64,000 nt of DNA, taken from the NCBI GenBank assembly GCA_903813345.2, contig CAIIXF020000001.1, positions 16,306,001 to 16,370,000 on the forward strand, read 5' to 3'. The position numbers and the translations under genes were made by a program. Origin of the DNA: Owenia fusiformis (taxonomy: Eukaryota). Below are positions 26,521 to 40,249 of this stretch, one piece after another. The notes beneath the pieces were generated by a model. The model was not told the origin of the DNA and did no database searches. It worked only from the letters and a program-made list of their open reading frames with translations. The number at the start of each line of letters is the position of its first letter. The stretch's first letter is position 1.

Positions 26521-27021
26521 TTATCAATAAGCACACCAAATGAGCAATTAAGTTACCTTCGATGAGGAATTATACTACTTTGCTCTTTTCGTTACTACAA
26601 ACTCAGGAGCAATATGTCACTTTTGCGTACGAATTATGCTACCTTGGTACAAACCAATTAAGACACGTTGCAAAAGAATTTACACTTCAATGCACTCTTA
26701 GACTGTGACGATTCTACAGTTCCAAATTTAGTTATATAACTCAGTATAACTAGCAACTGCTCTTCAGCCAACTCCTCTTAAAGAACAATACAAATCAAAT
26801 TGAGCGATCCGGCTAACAATTGCTCACAACAATGTTATATCTGCCTCGTCACTCATAAAAACACGTGTACCTGCAGATGCACGGAAAAACGTCAATTTCA
26901 AAATTTGTTCTTTTTCTCAATATTCAACTTGAGTGGCTCCGGAGCAGTTCTATCACATTAATCAATACAGGCTTTCACTGTCAACTTATATAAAGATAAG
27001 ACAGTTACTAGCACATGAGGC

Positions 27022-27176
27022 ATGAGGACTACCCTCGGTTCATAAAACATACAGATTGAGGACTACCCTCGGTTCAAAGAGCAAATCATGAGGAATACCC
27101 TCAGCTCATAAAGCATATACAGTGAGGTCTACCCTCGGTTCACACAATAAAGTCTGAGGACTACCCTCGGTTCATA
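27022..27176. repeat. Five GAGGACTACCCTCGGTTCA motifs in the gypsy 5' leader
   Basis: Copies at ~27024, 27057, 27090, 27125 and 27156, with variable 13-16-nt spacers. Confidence 0.85.
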
Positions 27177-29497
27177 AATTCACTATATAGCAACTAGATA
27201 GAGCACTTCAATTAGTGGCTCATACAAAGTCACGCTATATCTATTCAATGGAGCACTTCTTTCCACAATGAGAGCAATAAAGTCCCTATTGCATATGAAT
27301 TACAATACCTTGGTTGTACCAATTAAGTCACATAGCAATAGCCTTACACTACCTTGCCTCTTTGGAATGAACTATCTGCTCCGCACAAGTGAGTCTAGTG
27401 ATGAAAGTTTACACATATAAAAAAATCAAGACAAGCAAGCCTTTAACACCGCGAGATTCACTTACTAAATAATCATAATCCCTACGCTGCCACCAATGTG
27501 ACGGAATGTGGCGTCTGGGCCGAGCGGAAACCCGTGTGTCACTTTAAAACTCTCACGTGGTATGAGAGCCGGCGGGGAACGTCTGTTGGTGAAAGGATTT
27601 TGTTGTGTTGATTTTTATTATATCGTTATGCCACTGATATAACATGCATAAAATAACAGAATGACAAGGGAAATACACAATGAATAACTTTGAGATGAAT
27701 GAGTCAATTTAGAGGAATGTGTAAATGGAATTAATTATGATAAAGATTCTGGCCAATATCTATTTATACTTTCTAGCTCCTTTGGTGATGGCTCATGAGC
27801 AAAATGAACTGAGCAATCTGTACCTTTGGCTACAATCAATTTCGGCTCGGGAGGAAAATACAATACTCAAATAGCTTAGCAAAACTTCATACACAAAATG
27901 GAGGCCGTCAAAATCCTCCTTATCAATGACTCAATATAAAGCAGGAGCAACTCAATGGGCTCCGGAGCAAAATGTAATGCTCTCAATAATCAGTGAGTCT
28001 CTAAACAAAGCATAAAGTTTCAATAGGCTCCGGAGGAAAATGCAAGACTCCGAATAAATAGCTGAACAAGTGGGAGCAACTCAACGGGCTCCAGAGCAAA
28101 GTGCAATGCTCCCAAATCAATAGCTAAACAAGCTTGTAAGCAAAACAGGAGCTTTGAGAGCAATTAAGTACCTATTGCATATGAATTACTACTACCTTGG
28201 TTATACCAATTAAGTCACATAGCAATAGTCTTACACTACCTTGCCTCTTTGGAATAAACTCTTTGCTCCACACAAGTGAAATCGGCTCCGGAGCAAAACG
28301 TAAGGAGCAGTTTTGGTAAGAGCAATTTGTTACAGATATGGACAATCTTTATGGTTGTGAATGAAATTGAAATAATTGACAAGTCGACAGAAATACTGAG
28401 AATGAAAGATAAGAAAATAATGAATGTGTGAACTGTTAAAGTGATAGAACTACGGGGAATAAAGGATTGGAAATAACGAATGGCAGGTGGAACGTTTCAC
28501 AAAGAATGGAATGTAAAAGATTGAATGAAGGAAAGGATATGAATTTGAACTTATTTCCCTTATCACTCTTGGATTGCAAAGTGGAATTAAAACGGTTATG
28601 TAAACTAGATTCTCTCACTCTGACTTCACTTTACAGATCTAACAGAAAAAGTGAATTTAAAGAACAAATAACAAGACTTTATTATAATTACCGTATGCAG
28701 AATACATGTTCACAACAGCACTGAACGACTTTCAGTATGACAACGCATCTCCGTGTAACGCAAAATATATCCAGTTCAAGTTCGTTATAAATCCATAATA
28801 TAACACCATCAATAGCACAAATATCTGACGTTACTCAATACAGCAATATAAATCCACAATCTGTTACGAATCTGTTATAAATCCAAATGATACAATTTTG
28901 TTATAATTCCAAAATGCGATCGCAGCTCCTTACTCTTCAACGATTCAAAACTAGACTGACCATTCCTCGAATGATCGTGAGAACACTAAGATTACGGAAC
29001 ATCTCTTTCCATATAAGGAAATGTTACTATGACAACGAATCTGAATGCTTGCTACAATGTCAAAATATCTGTCACATCAAAGACTTAATAAACCTACAGC
29101 GAGCTGTCAATCAATTTACTATGTGAGAAATTTTTTGAAAGTGACGGCAAAATGCCGTAAGAAACATAAATCTTGACTGAAAAACACTCTTTTTAAATTA
29201 CAATATCTCCTAAAGTATGAGATCAAATTCAACGTTTAATACACCGTTTAAAAGCTCAATTCACCCTTAATTTAAGAAATAATTATTAGGAGGCCCCGAC
29301 AGGGGGCCTCCTATTAATTTTATAGATATTATTATTATTATTCTTTATTTATTTATTCTTCCTAAACCTTTTTCTCCTACTTCCAACTACCTTTCAACTA
29401 TCTACTATATGCACCTACTAGGGACCTTGGCTGAACTTGGGGGGAAAGGAATTTTTATCTAGGTCAAGGTCAAAGGTCAAAATCTAGGTCAAATCTA

Positions 29498-29992
29498 CAG
29501 GGCTGTCAACTTGGGACCACCTAATATGAGTGACTTCAAAATGTTGGACACCTAAGTCCAAATCTGAACACTTTTGTCCAAATTTTGAACACCTTTGGCC
29601 AACTTTTAAACACCTTTGGCCAAAGTTTGAGCACCTTTGCCAAACTTTGATCACCTCAAATTTTTCGCGCTCGCTACGCTCGCGATGTCGTCAACGGGGG
29701 GGGGGGGGGGGGGGGTAGGTACGAAAATTTCCAATGAACATGCGTGACATATACGGGATTCGCGTGACAAATCCGAACAAATTGCGTTCGGTTTTTTTCC
29801 GACGTTCGTATTTTTACCGTATCATAAACATATTTCGAAAAAAATTCTACAGAAATATTTTTGCGTGACAATTACCAGGTAAAATGCGTATTTGCGTGAC
29901 ATTTTCTGTCACGCAAAAAAAACTGGCGTGACTTCAAATTCTTCAGCAAATGCGTGACAAATACGCAAATTGCGGGACAGTTGACAGGCCTG
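29498..29992. mobile_element. Short-TIR MITE (hAT-like CAGG termini) nested in the HINE
   Basis: TIRs CAGGGCTGTCAACT / AGTTGACAGGCCTG (13 of 14 match); AATCTA on both flanks; related fragment at ~6473-6585. Confidence 0.7.
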
Positions 29993-30059
29993 AATCTAAG
30001 GTTTTTTCAAGTTTCTCAAATCCTGACACTACACTTCAATATTTTTGGCTGAATTTTTG

Positions 30060-31540
30060 CATACAGATAGATATTAGTATTCTATTAGTCTCAGCCTTTT
30101 GCCGTCTGGAGAAATTTTGCCTAGATTTTGAGATATTGAAGGTCAAAAAAAGGTCAAAAAAGGTCTTTTTTCAACTTGCTTCAAATTGACCAAATTTTTT
30201 TTTGAAACTTATCTACAAGTTCTCAGGATTCCAAATCTGACCTTACTTTTGACCTGTGACCTTTGGTTGACCTTCAGTGACCTCCGAAAGGTCAAAAAAG
30301 TTGATTTTTCAAATTGATTTTCTGGATTCAAATTTAGGAATATTTATTCACAAAAGACCTTCTGAGGTCTAAAAAAGTAAGATTTGCAAGGTCAAAGGTC
30401 AAGGTCATCAAACGAAATCACAAACTATGTTTTCTAAGTTTCTCAAAATTGGAGACTACAAATCAATTTTTTTTACTGAAAGTCAGAATATATATTCCTC
30501 TAAAGGTTCTACACATATTAGCAATTGACTATTTATTAAAATTTTGCTTCAGTTTTGAGATATTAGAACTCAAAAACAGTAAAAAGGTCAAATTTCGAAA
30601 TTTTTCAAGGTCAAATTTCAACTTGCTCTAAATTGACCAAACTTTTTTTTAAAAAGCATCTACAAGATCTCAGGAACTCAAATCTGACCTTAATTTTGAC
30701 CTATGACCTTTATTTGATATACTGAGGTCTAAAAAAAGTAAAATTTGCAAGGTCAAAGGTCAAGGTCATCAAACTAAATCACAAACTGTGTTTTCTAAGT
30801 TTCTCAAAATTGGAGACTACAAATCAATATTTTTTCATGAAAGTCAGGATATATATTCCTCTATAGGTTCTACACATATTAGCAATTGGCGATTTATTAA
30901 AATTGTGTACCAGTTTTGAGATATTGGAACTGAAAAACTGAAAAAAGGTCAAATTTCGAAACTGTTCAAGACTAAATTTCAACTTGCTTCAAATTGACCA
31001 ATTTTTTTTTAAAACTCATCTACAAGTTCTCAGGATTCCAAATCTAACCTTACTTTTGACCTTTGACCTTTGGTTGACCTTCAATGACCTCCGAAAGGTC
31101 AAAAAAGTTGATTTTTCAAATCAATTTTCTGGATTCAAATTTAGGTATATTTATTCACAAAAGACCTTCTGAGGTCTAAAAAAGTAAAATTTGCAAGGTC
31201 AAAGGTCAAGGTCATCAAACGAAATCACAAACTGTGTTTTCTAAGTTTCTCAAAATTGGAGACTACAAATCAATATTTTTAAATGAAAGTCAGAATATAT
31301 ATTCCTCTACTAAAGGTTATACACATATTAGCAATTGATTATCTATTAAAATTTGGCTCCAGTTTTGAGATATTATAGCTCAAAAACTGAAAAAAGGTCA
31401 AATTTCAGAATTTTTTAAGGTCAAATTTCAACGTGCATTAATTCGACCAAACCTTTTTTAAAAATCATCTACAAGTTGTCTGGAGTTCATATATGACTTT
31501 GTACCAGAGATTTGACCTAGAGATTTGACCTTTGGCTGGC
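30060..31540 (+). repeat. Central tandem array of the HINE, about 3 units of ~445 bp (one internally deleted)
   Basis: GGTCAAAGGTCAAGGTCATCAAAC recurs at ~30390, ~30751 and ~31196. Confidence 0.85.
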
Positions 31541-34500
31541 CTTTGAATGTTCAGAAACGAATATAGGGCCTCCGTAAGATTGCTTGCAATCTTAGATCGT
31601 TAGATCTCTAGTTATAATTTATAGACAAATACTCTTCTCTATATTTAATGAGAGAGAACATGAGTAAATAAGAACTAAAATCATGTGTGCCAGGCGGCCG
31701 TGAATTAAATAAAATCACACGTTTACACTAGTTATTTAAACATGTCTTACTCAAAAACCATTATTCCTTTTTGCATGAAATAAAAATGAATAAATCGTTA
31801 AAAGAATGTTCTTTTTAACCATATATAAAACATAATTTGATCTTGATCAGAAAACCATGAAAATAAAACTTGAAACTAAATAAGAAAAATGCGCTCCCGC
31901 TACAATACTTTTATATCATGGCTACGTTATATCAATGATTCCACGTGTCTGTGTGCGAGTGAAATTAGGAAGAAATGAAACATGACGTCCCGATGACGTC
32001 ATAAGATTGTCATGGTAAAAGGTTTGGCGGCTATACAGGAATATATATCCAACCTTTAGCTCCATTGACTTCAATACAAATGCTTCGCTGGGTATGTAAT
32101 ACATATATATATAGCACTCTAATCTGATTGTAAAATTTCCAGGTTATGGATGGAATAAGTGGGGTTATATGGGGCAAAATATAAGTCTTCTGCTAAAAGG
32201 AAACATTTGTTACTAGCTTATTCATCGAAAGAAGGGGAAAAGCCCCAGGGTTCAAAGATGACCACTTTTATAATGTAAATCTGCATTGAGATGACCTATC
32301 GTCCTGATTTGTCCAAATCGACAAACATTAATATTGTTATCGAATAATATTATTACTTGTTATGTTCCAATACTTCACCAATTAATTGTCTTACTTATAC
32401 ATAACCTTAAACCTTTTAGCACACAATATACGCTCTGCGTCAGATTGTAATAATATGTTTTGTAAATAATTTGAATGGAACAATAAACAATAAAACAATA
32501 TAATTTCTGGCGTGCTAACCAATATCATAGCTTGTTATTTCACATCATGGTGAAGAAAGATGTAAGGAATATGCTTACATTGATTAAAACATCAACTGGC
32601 GAGAATTTGCGCAAACAAAGGTGGTTATGTCTGTTATTGCTAAACCTCCCCTTTCCCTCCTCGGATTTCCCTCCTCTCTTCATCGGCAATGTCATTAATG
32701 TACAGGATAACACAAAAAATACCACCAACTAATTTTGGAATAACTTTCTGAATAATTAAGGAATCTATGGGCTTTTTGTATAGATAAAGTGTTCAATGGA
32801 AAAATGATTTAGAATTATCATGTTTTCAGTCCTGGTATGCTCTCAGTGAAATTATCAAACATGTTCAAAAATACAATTTACTTAAAGGAAGAGGTGCGTT
32901 TTTGGCAAATACCCCTATGGTCAAAATGAATCATTCTTAGTGTAGCATGAAAATAGAATGTCATAAAATTCTTTGAAAAGTATTAAAGTGCTTTGGCACA
33001 CATTGGCTGAGATAGGTTGTATTGACTTACATGGGGCTGTGCATCATTGACTTAAAGGTTCAATAAAGAACATAGAAGAAATTTGGGAATCATTTTACCT
33101 TTCCCGAGCTATTAGTGCAACGTTTGGCCTAATGTCTTCTTCGCCATACCTATTTTCTTAAAATGTATCCACTTGTCGACGAATACCACCATGCAGACTT
33201 GCAAATAGACTTCTAAATAAGCAATTGAAAGGTTGAACATCCCGCATTTTGTTTTTTGAAACATTTCTGAATGTCCACCATTTAAAATTGTAACTGCAGC
33301 TGAGATTAGGTAAGACCGCATGTAAGCATGTTTACAGTATAACCGCGGTTGTCTGATATAACCCTATGCATGAACAGGCTATGACTGCCGTTGACGGTCT
33401 ATTACTGGCGACTCTTGCAGTTAGCCTGGTCCACTGACGAAGAAAACTCAAAAATGGAAGACTAAAACACCTCAAATCTGCCCATATCAAGATCTTCTTG
33501 ACAAACGCATGGTATATAGGAAACCGAATGTTGGATAGAACCTTAGGTGAAAACGGGGCTGGAATCCAATGACAATATGACCAGGAAAATCATTAAAAGG
33601 TACGTGAGGAATTTTTCTGTCGATGTCGGGAGCAGATTCCCGGGGATTTAGGATGCCAGTGATTGTGAATATCGGCAGAAATTAGGTACGTTCGGGGGTT
33701 TTCTTTGTAGCTAATGAAAATAGGTGTTAGCCTTGATGAAATATCAAAAATTTGATATATTTTGACACCGGGACCATGATCGTTGGATACGTCTCTGCAC
33801 TATTTATTCAGCCTTCAACATGAGGATATCAGCAGATCCCAATAGAGGCCATTGGTTTCCATTGGTCATAGTGTTTTTTTTGGTATTTTTGTGATAATAA
33901 TAATTTCACAATGTGACACAAATTGTTTATCTCATCAAATGTGCAAATATGATGGCTGCAATCGATTCAGGTCATACTTAAAATTAGATTGTACATTTTT
34001 TCCTTACAAAATGGCTATAGAAAAATGCTCCAAAAACAACTTTTACACTTATCAAAAATCATACAACTTTGTAAAACCATCAACAAAACCAAATGCAAAA
34101 CCAAAGAATATACCATTATATTTCATTATGTAGTAACATATTTGGATAAGATGTAGGGATGGGTAGGATGCAAATGGATTTTGACAGACACAAAATTACT
34201 TGGTTTGGAATCTATGCCTCTACACTTCATGATTGAATTATGACCCTAATAAGTGGCCTATACATTAAAACAGTGCTGAATATAGGTCAACAAGATACTA
34301 GTGTGCATATAAATGTGATAATTAAAGCAGAATACTCATTTTGAAAAATCAGATGAATTATTTTTTTCTCATGGGGAGATCCCAATGGAGAGTGCATATG
34401 GTCCTTTCTGGATTGCTTTCACTAGTTTACACATATATTATCAATAGTATGACATATTAACCAATTTTTCTTAAATCTTCTGTTAAATTTGATAAACTGA

Positions 34501-35364
34501 CTCGCTTATTAGGTATATTTTAAGGAAAACAGATTCTTAATTCTAATAGTTTTGAGTGATTTTGTGTCAGAGCACACCTACACGGAAAATTGGAAAATTT
34601 CCAAGTTGTTGATCCTATGCAAGCATAGAAATCTTTTTCTATTGAACACTCTGTCTACACCTAATATATATGAAGATTCATTAATTGTTGAAAAAGTTAT
34701 TCCAAAATTAGTGAGTGACATGTTTTGTGTCACCCTGTATAAAAAGAACAAAATGGGTCATAAGATCCATGCGGAACTCCTGCAGTTGACAGGTAATTTT
34801 ATAATTATTAAACCTTCACAAACTCCCAATGTAGTATATGGTATGACATGCCATAACGGTAAGGTACAACACAAAGAATGTGAATTTGCGCTAAAATGTA
34901 TCTCAGGTAAATGTACCCGTGCGTTGTACCCTATACTACATTTGGAATTTATTTAGGTTTAATTATGAAATTCACGGTCAAGTTCACTGTCTGTTCACTG
35001 AATGTTGTTACAGACATTCACATCTAAAATATCTAGAAACTAGACCAAATCTTTCTGAAACGATGAAAACATCAGTTTGCTCAAATTGCATCATCCTCGT
35101 GATGTACCTTACCCTGTGCGTACAACTGTCACGCTTAATTTTATCTTATTAAAAAGTCTCAAAAGTACATAAGCTAGTGAGATGGCTTCTTGCTTAAGCA
35201 TTTTATTATCCCATCAAAACGAGGATACAGGAAAACTGTCAGAACGTTCATTCATCTTCCTGTCCCACTGTCCATGTGTTTGGGCGATAAATCAAATACT
35301 GGTTGACAAATTTGATTCAAATTTTACAGGCTTATGCCTTTCGAGCATAGGACAATTTAGCTTA

Positions 35365-35775
35365 GAAGGAATTTTCAAAATGGCCACTCAGTTGATGGAT
35401 TTGGTCCAAAGTGTATATGTTGATACCAAAGGAGCTATGAAAAAGAAGAGATTTTCAAGAGGGTCGATAAATTTCAAAATGGCTGCCATTTTTCATAACG
35501 AAAACATTTTCAAGATTTTAGCTAAATTGCAAGATGGCCACCATTCTTTGTAAAATAATGTTATCGTTCATAACCCAAATACCAGTTGGTTTGGTTAAAA
35601 TTGTATGCGCGATATGCCGATACCTAGAGACAACGGAGCACTGCTCGAGAAGACATTTTTCAAGAGGCCATTGAATTTCAAAATGGCTGTCATTTTCAGA
35701 CAACGGAGCACTGCTCCAGAAGACATTTTTCAAGAGGCCATTGAATTTCAAAATGGTTGCCATTTTCAGAAAAAC
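35365..35775 (+). repeat. Minisatellite of TTTCAAAATGGCTGCCATTTT units, including two ~71-bp copies
   Basis: AGACAACGGAGCACTGCTC.AGAAGACATTTT...GAGGCCATTGAATTTCAAAATGG repeated at ~35628 and ~35698. Confidence 0.75.
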
Positions 35776-38700
35776 ATAATCTTCAAATACCAGTGGACTG
35801 ATTTGACTCAAAGCTGATTCCTAGGGAAAGAGGAGTTCTGTTCAAGCAATTTTTTTCATGATGGGGGCTATTTATCAAAACATGTTTTGTTCGGTGGGAT
35901 TGACTACTCCGTGGAGTGGCTGTTTTCTAGCTACTTAAATAGAATCAGGACCAGCTTTGTCAGTCTTTAGTGCCAATAAAATGTTAAAATCTTCAGTATT
36001 TTTCGTTGAAAGAAGATCCAAGAAGGTATCAATGCTACGACCCATTTAAATTTGGTATAATATTGGTTATTTCCATTCTGGTCATTATTTACTCAAAATT
36101 GTATTTCCATATGGATTTATTAAAAAGGGTTTTCATCAAACATTAAATGTCATTACTGTCAGTACTGCGTCAACCCCAAAAGACTTTCTCGGGGGACAGA
36201 TTTTTTAGACCCAGTGCCCAAAATTCCCGGGATTTTGCGGGACATCCACCTGAATTCGTCAAATTTCTTTAAAGCGAAGTCCCCATGATAGTAAAATACC
36301 AATCCAACTCTCCGAAAAATTATGGATTAGGACCCCAGTTTGTCACTTTTTTAAAAATGTAAGGCTTATTTTCTAAAAAGAGGATCTGTTTTTCTCAATT
36401 TAAACGTATCAAAAGATCTTCTCCACTATATTAATAACTTCTGAAAAGGGCATGGGTATTGAAATGCGATAAAGTTAAAACCACATATCCCATGTTATTT
36501 TCCCATAGGGAAAAATCATGCTATCCAATGTTTTCAGCATGATTTTGGTCATTGAAGATTGATATCTTCAAAACTAGACGTTCAATATCATTCTACTTTT
36601 GAAGATGTTTTAGACCCCTTGTTGAATAATGTTAAGTTTTCATGCAATAAAAATAAGAAAAAGAAGATACTCTTTTGAGCAAATAAGTTCAACATTTTGA
36701 AAAAATAGTTGACGTGGGGTCCCTATTTACAATTTCTCGAATTGTTCAATTGATATGTTTATCATCATGGGGACTTCACTTGAAAGATAAACAAACACTC
36801 TAATTGCGGGACAGTTAACAGGGTAACCACCAAAGACTTCATCGAGGGACAGATTTTTTAGACAAAGTACACTAAATTCAGGGGACATTCAAGGGATTTG
36901 CGCGATTGGGACTTAATGTAAAAGTACTCAAACCAACTTTCAGGTACTGATGATTAATCAAATATAATGCACTTAACTTAAACACGGTGTTAAATAAACG
37001 TCAACACAATCTCACACAATATGCATAGGAATATTATTACGTAGTTTCCGTTATATCTTCACATATCGTTTACATTAACATAAACTTCAGGAAAAATGAA
37101 AGCACTGAGGAAGAGGAAGTAACGCATACGGGTTTTAATAATAAATTAGTGTTTACCAAATTCAGTGTAATGCGTACAACTTTTGCAATACTTTATTAGG
37201 AGGTCAAAGCCGACATTGCGGGACTTTGTGGGACATTGCATATAAGGTTTACACTTAGAGATTGCTTTCCTTTCTGGGCTTCTTTAAGGTTTTTAGTAAT
37301 TTCCCTAATTTGATGTTTATACTTAGATATTTAGCATTACAGAATTATATTCCATTTGAAGATTGAATAATAATCATGCTTGATAAAACGCATTATTTGT
37401 TATAAAAGTGTTATTTTGTGGGAAATTTGTGCAATGAAAAATGGGGTATGGGAACTTTATTAAGACAATTATATTGACCTAACATCCTTCCATTTTGGCC
37501 AATAGGGTTTATTGTGCCAGTAATTTCATCCTTATTCTCCATATATCATATGATAATCATTGCTACATCTAAACAATATCATGTTTGCAACTTAAAATCT
37601 TGAAAAAGTTGAAGAATACTCCAAAATAGCGAAAAAATGGGAAAAGAAAAAAGCATGTCAAATCTTGAATTCTCAAAATCCCAGTTATTTTATTGCAGAT
37701 AATGAAAGCCCTAATGCTCTTCTTACCAAAAGTAATACTCACTGTACATGGGACATCTGGCTTTTCTGGCAAATTGGATCCAAAGATGGTTGCCATTTCG
37801 TCTCTATATTGACCCTCATGTTTACAACTAAAATCACGAAAACCTTGAAGAAATGGCCGAAAACATCGAAAAAAAAGTTAAAAGTAAAATGCCTGTAAAA
37901 TCTTGAAAACCCAAAATCCCAGTTATTTTATTGCAGATTATGAAAGCTCTTATGCTCCTCTTTCCAACAGTAATACCCACTCTACACGAGACATCTGGCT
38001 TATTAAACAAACTGGGTCCAAAGATGGCTGCCATTTCGTCTCTTAATTGACCCATGTTCCAGAAAAGGCTCCGTAACCATGGCAACCATTGTGACGTCAT
38101 AATAAACAATACATAAGAACTCTTCAACATGTCCCATATACAAATCAAATAGTTATTAACTGGTTTTGGATCATCTTCTTAGCATACCATAAGCTGGAAA
38201 TATATCTTTTTTCACTGATTTTGGTGCATTTTCTAGGTTGTGAAAATACAACAAACATGGGTTGCTTAGCAACGGTGTCATACACTAACCAATCATCTGT
38301 GAGAAAAATGAATGACATATTTTGGCTTCCCAATGGTCATACTTTCATATAAGAATGAAATTTTTGAAATATAAAATTTGACCTGTGCCACCTCCTGCCC
38401 CCTTTTTACAAATAGTGCCTCTTAAGCTTTATTCTTAGTCTCCGTCTTCATATCACTATTAGTGTTTATGAATTGTTGTAGCAGTATGGATATGCATATG
38501 TAAATGTCTCTATCCATTCTCTTCTCTTCATAGCATTTGCTAGGTTCACCTTCAGCGTCCATATTCATTATCGATATCACTGATCATAATCCGCATTCAG
38601 CGTTCATATGTTGTGTGATCCATTGATAGATGGCACCTGGTGATTCTTTAGTTCATCTTTGTAGGAGCTACTCGTCTCTGAAGTCATCTTCTTCTTTTGT

Positions 38701-40249
38701 TATTTTATTAGTGATTAATATATTATCATGTTATAATGGTTAAATAAGGTGAGTAAATATGATTACTATGTGAGTAATATGTATGAATACATGCAATGAT
38801 GATACTTGACTAAACTTATCTAACTTATCTCTATACCTAACATCTTATGTTCAATTTACTTTTACATGGAGACATACTTATACCTTGTATGCCCTCTATA
38901 TAAGATTTACAAAATTCTGCCCACCTGCACCTTCCAATAAGGTACAATCCGTTCGGCAGATTATCACACTTCATGCATCTTTAACATCTTCCAATAAGAT
39001 GTTATTCATGATATATGATAAATATATTATAAACAAATTAGAGTTAGTATTATTTACAACTCACTTCAGTCAAAGGCACTGAGGTAATATCGGTTAATAA
39101 ATTATTCGATCAATTAATTATGTACACCTGGATTATATGTTATGATGATACACACGTTATATTTCATAGTAGTTATCATGTGCACACACTAAGTGCATTT
39201 AGTGCATTTATTACTCATGCACTAAATTAGTAAAACATGCTTCGAATATATATTTGGTTATATGTGATTATATATGTCAGATCAATTAATTATTTACATC
39301 TGGTATTTAATTGATCAAAAGGGGATTCTTGAGATGATAGCGTCTGAAGTTTTGGCCTCTTCTTCGCTCTAGACCGTTTCATCATCCAAAAGAGGTCCCC
39401 AACAGAGACCAATTTAAGACAACTATTAACTTTCAGGTCTTCTAGAAACTGCCGGGCCTGTTATAAGCGTTAGTGTGAAATATGATATATATATATATAC
39501 ATGCATATATTTAGCAATTTAAATGAATTCCCCTTTTATTTATGCTTTTTCTTCAAAACTTAAACATGCAATTTATATTCTTATAACACACTTAGTTTTT
39601 CACAAATAACACGCAATGCTTTTAACGCAAACTTTTATCGTCGTTACAAGTATATAAAATGTCATCATGGTCAATATAACATTTGACCTAGTTTTGGGGG
39701 ACATAATGTTTTACAAATTCTTGATCACGACTTATAGTTGTATTCACATGGAACTAATTGTCACATGACGACCTTCTATTCTAATTATGCTCTCCATCGT
39801 CAATAAAACTCAATACATATATTTTTTATATTATTGTCATTCAGTAAATATTTATGACAATCGCAATCGCAACTAGAGCAAAAGAAACACAAATCAACAC
39901 ATCGGTCATATTTATTCCAAACCAGCTTTTTTTCTTTCCGGAACTCAACTGATCCATTTCTGGAGAGCAACAGGTCTTTTGACCTAAGTCATATGTAAAC
40001 CGTTTAACATCTTTGCCATTTTCCCAAAGATTTTTCTAGTAGTATCAAAGTGACCGGTGATTTTCACAACAAATACTCTTCCAAATTTAATTCAACCTTA
40101 GCCGCATTAACAGTTCATTTTAGTAATTAGTTATGTTAAATTTTCATTAAATCTATCATATAATAGGTTCACTCTGGTATATAATTATCTTTGATCATCA
40201 GAAAACAATCAAAGTTCTGATTTATTTTTCAATAACTACAATAAGGTAT

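Larger units (their letters stand above)
29286..31611 (+). mobile_element. Helentron-associated non-autonomous element (HINE/DINE-1-like) inserted in the gypsy 5' LTR
   Basis: Exactly 2326 bp absent from the sister LTR (boundary can slide 3 nt over TTA); 5' hairpin GGAGGCCCC...GGGGCCTCC, ATT-rich microsatellite, ~445-bp central tandem repeats, 3' subterminal IR GGGCCTCC, stem-loop TAAGATTGC-TT-GCAATCTTA and terminal CTAG. Confidence 0.85.
20330..31904 (-). mobile_element. Ty3/gypsy LTR retrotransposon with 2082-bp LTRs, lacking RT
   Basis: LTRs 20330-22411 and 27497-31904 (the latter with a 2326-bp insertion), TGTGAC...GCTACA; 4-bp TSD ATAC; PBS TGGTGGCAGCGTAGGGATT (-) at 27477-27495 resembling tRNA-Leu; G-rich PPT at ~22412-22425; about 3 substitutions seen between LTRs. 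Confidence 0.95.
18598..38421. mobile_element. Sola3-like DNA transposon with ~1-kb TIRs, non-autonomous (~8.2 kb without the nested gypsy)
   Basis: TTAA|GAGGCACTATTTGTAAAAAGGGGGCAGGA at 18594-18626 and TCCTGCCCCCTTTTTACAAATAGTGCCTC|TTAA ending 38425; TIRs ~18598-19600 and ~37370-38421. GAG termini, TTAA target and long TIRs are the described Sola3 hallmarks. No transposase ORF seen. Confidence 0.8.

Noticed and set aside
27022-27176. CRISPR-like repeat-spacer appearance
   Set aside because: Eukaryotic retroelement leader, spacers only 13-16 nt and partly similar to each other, no cas genes.
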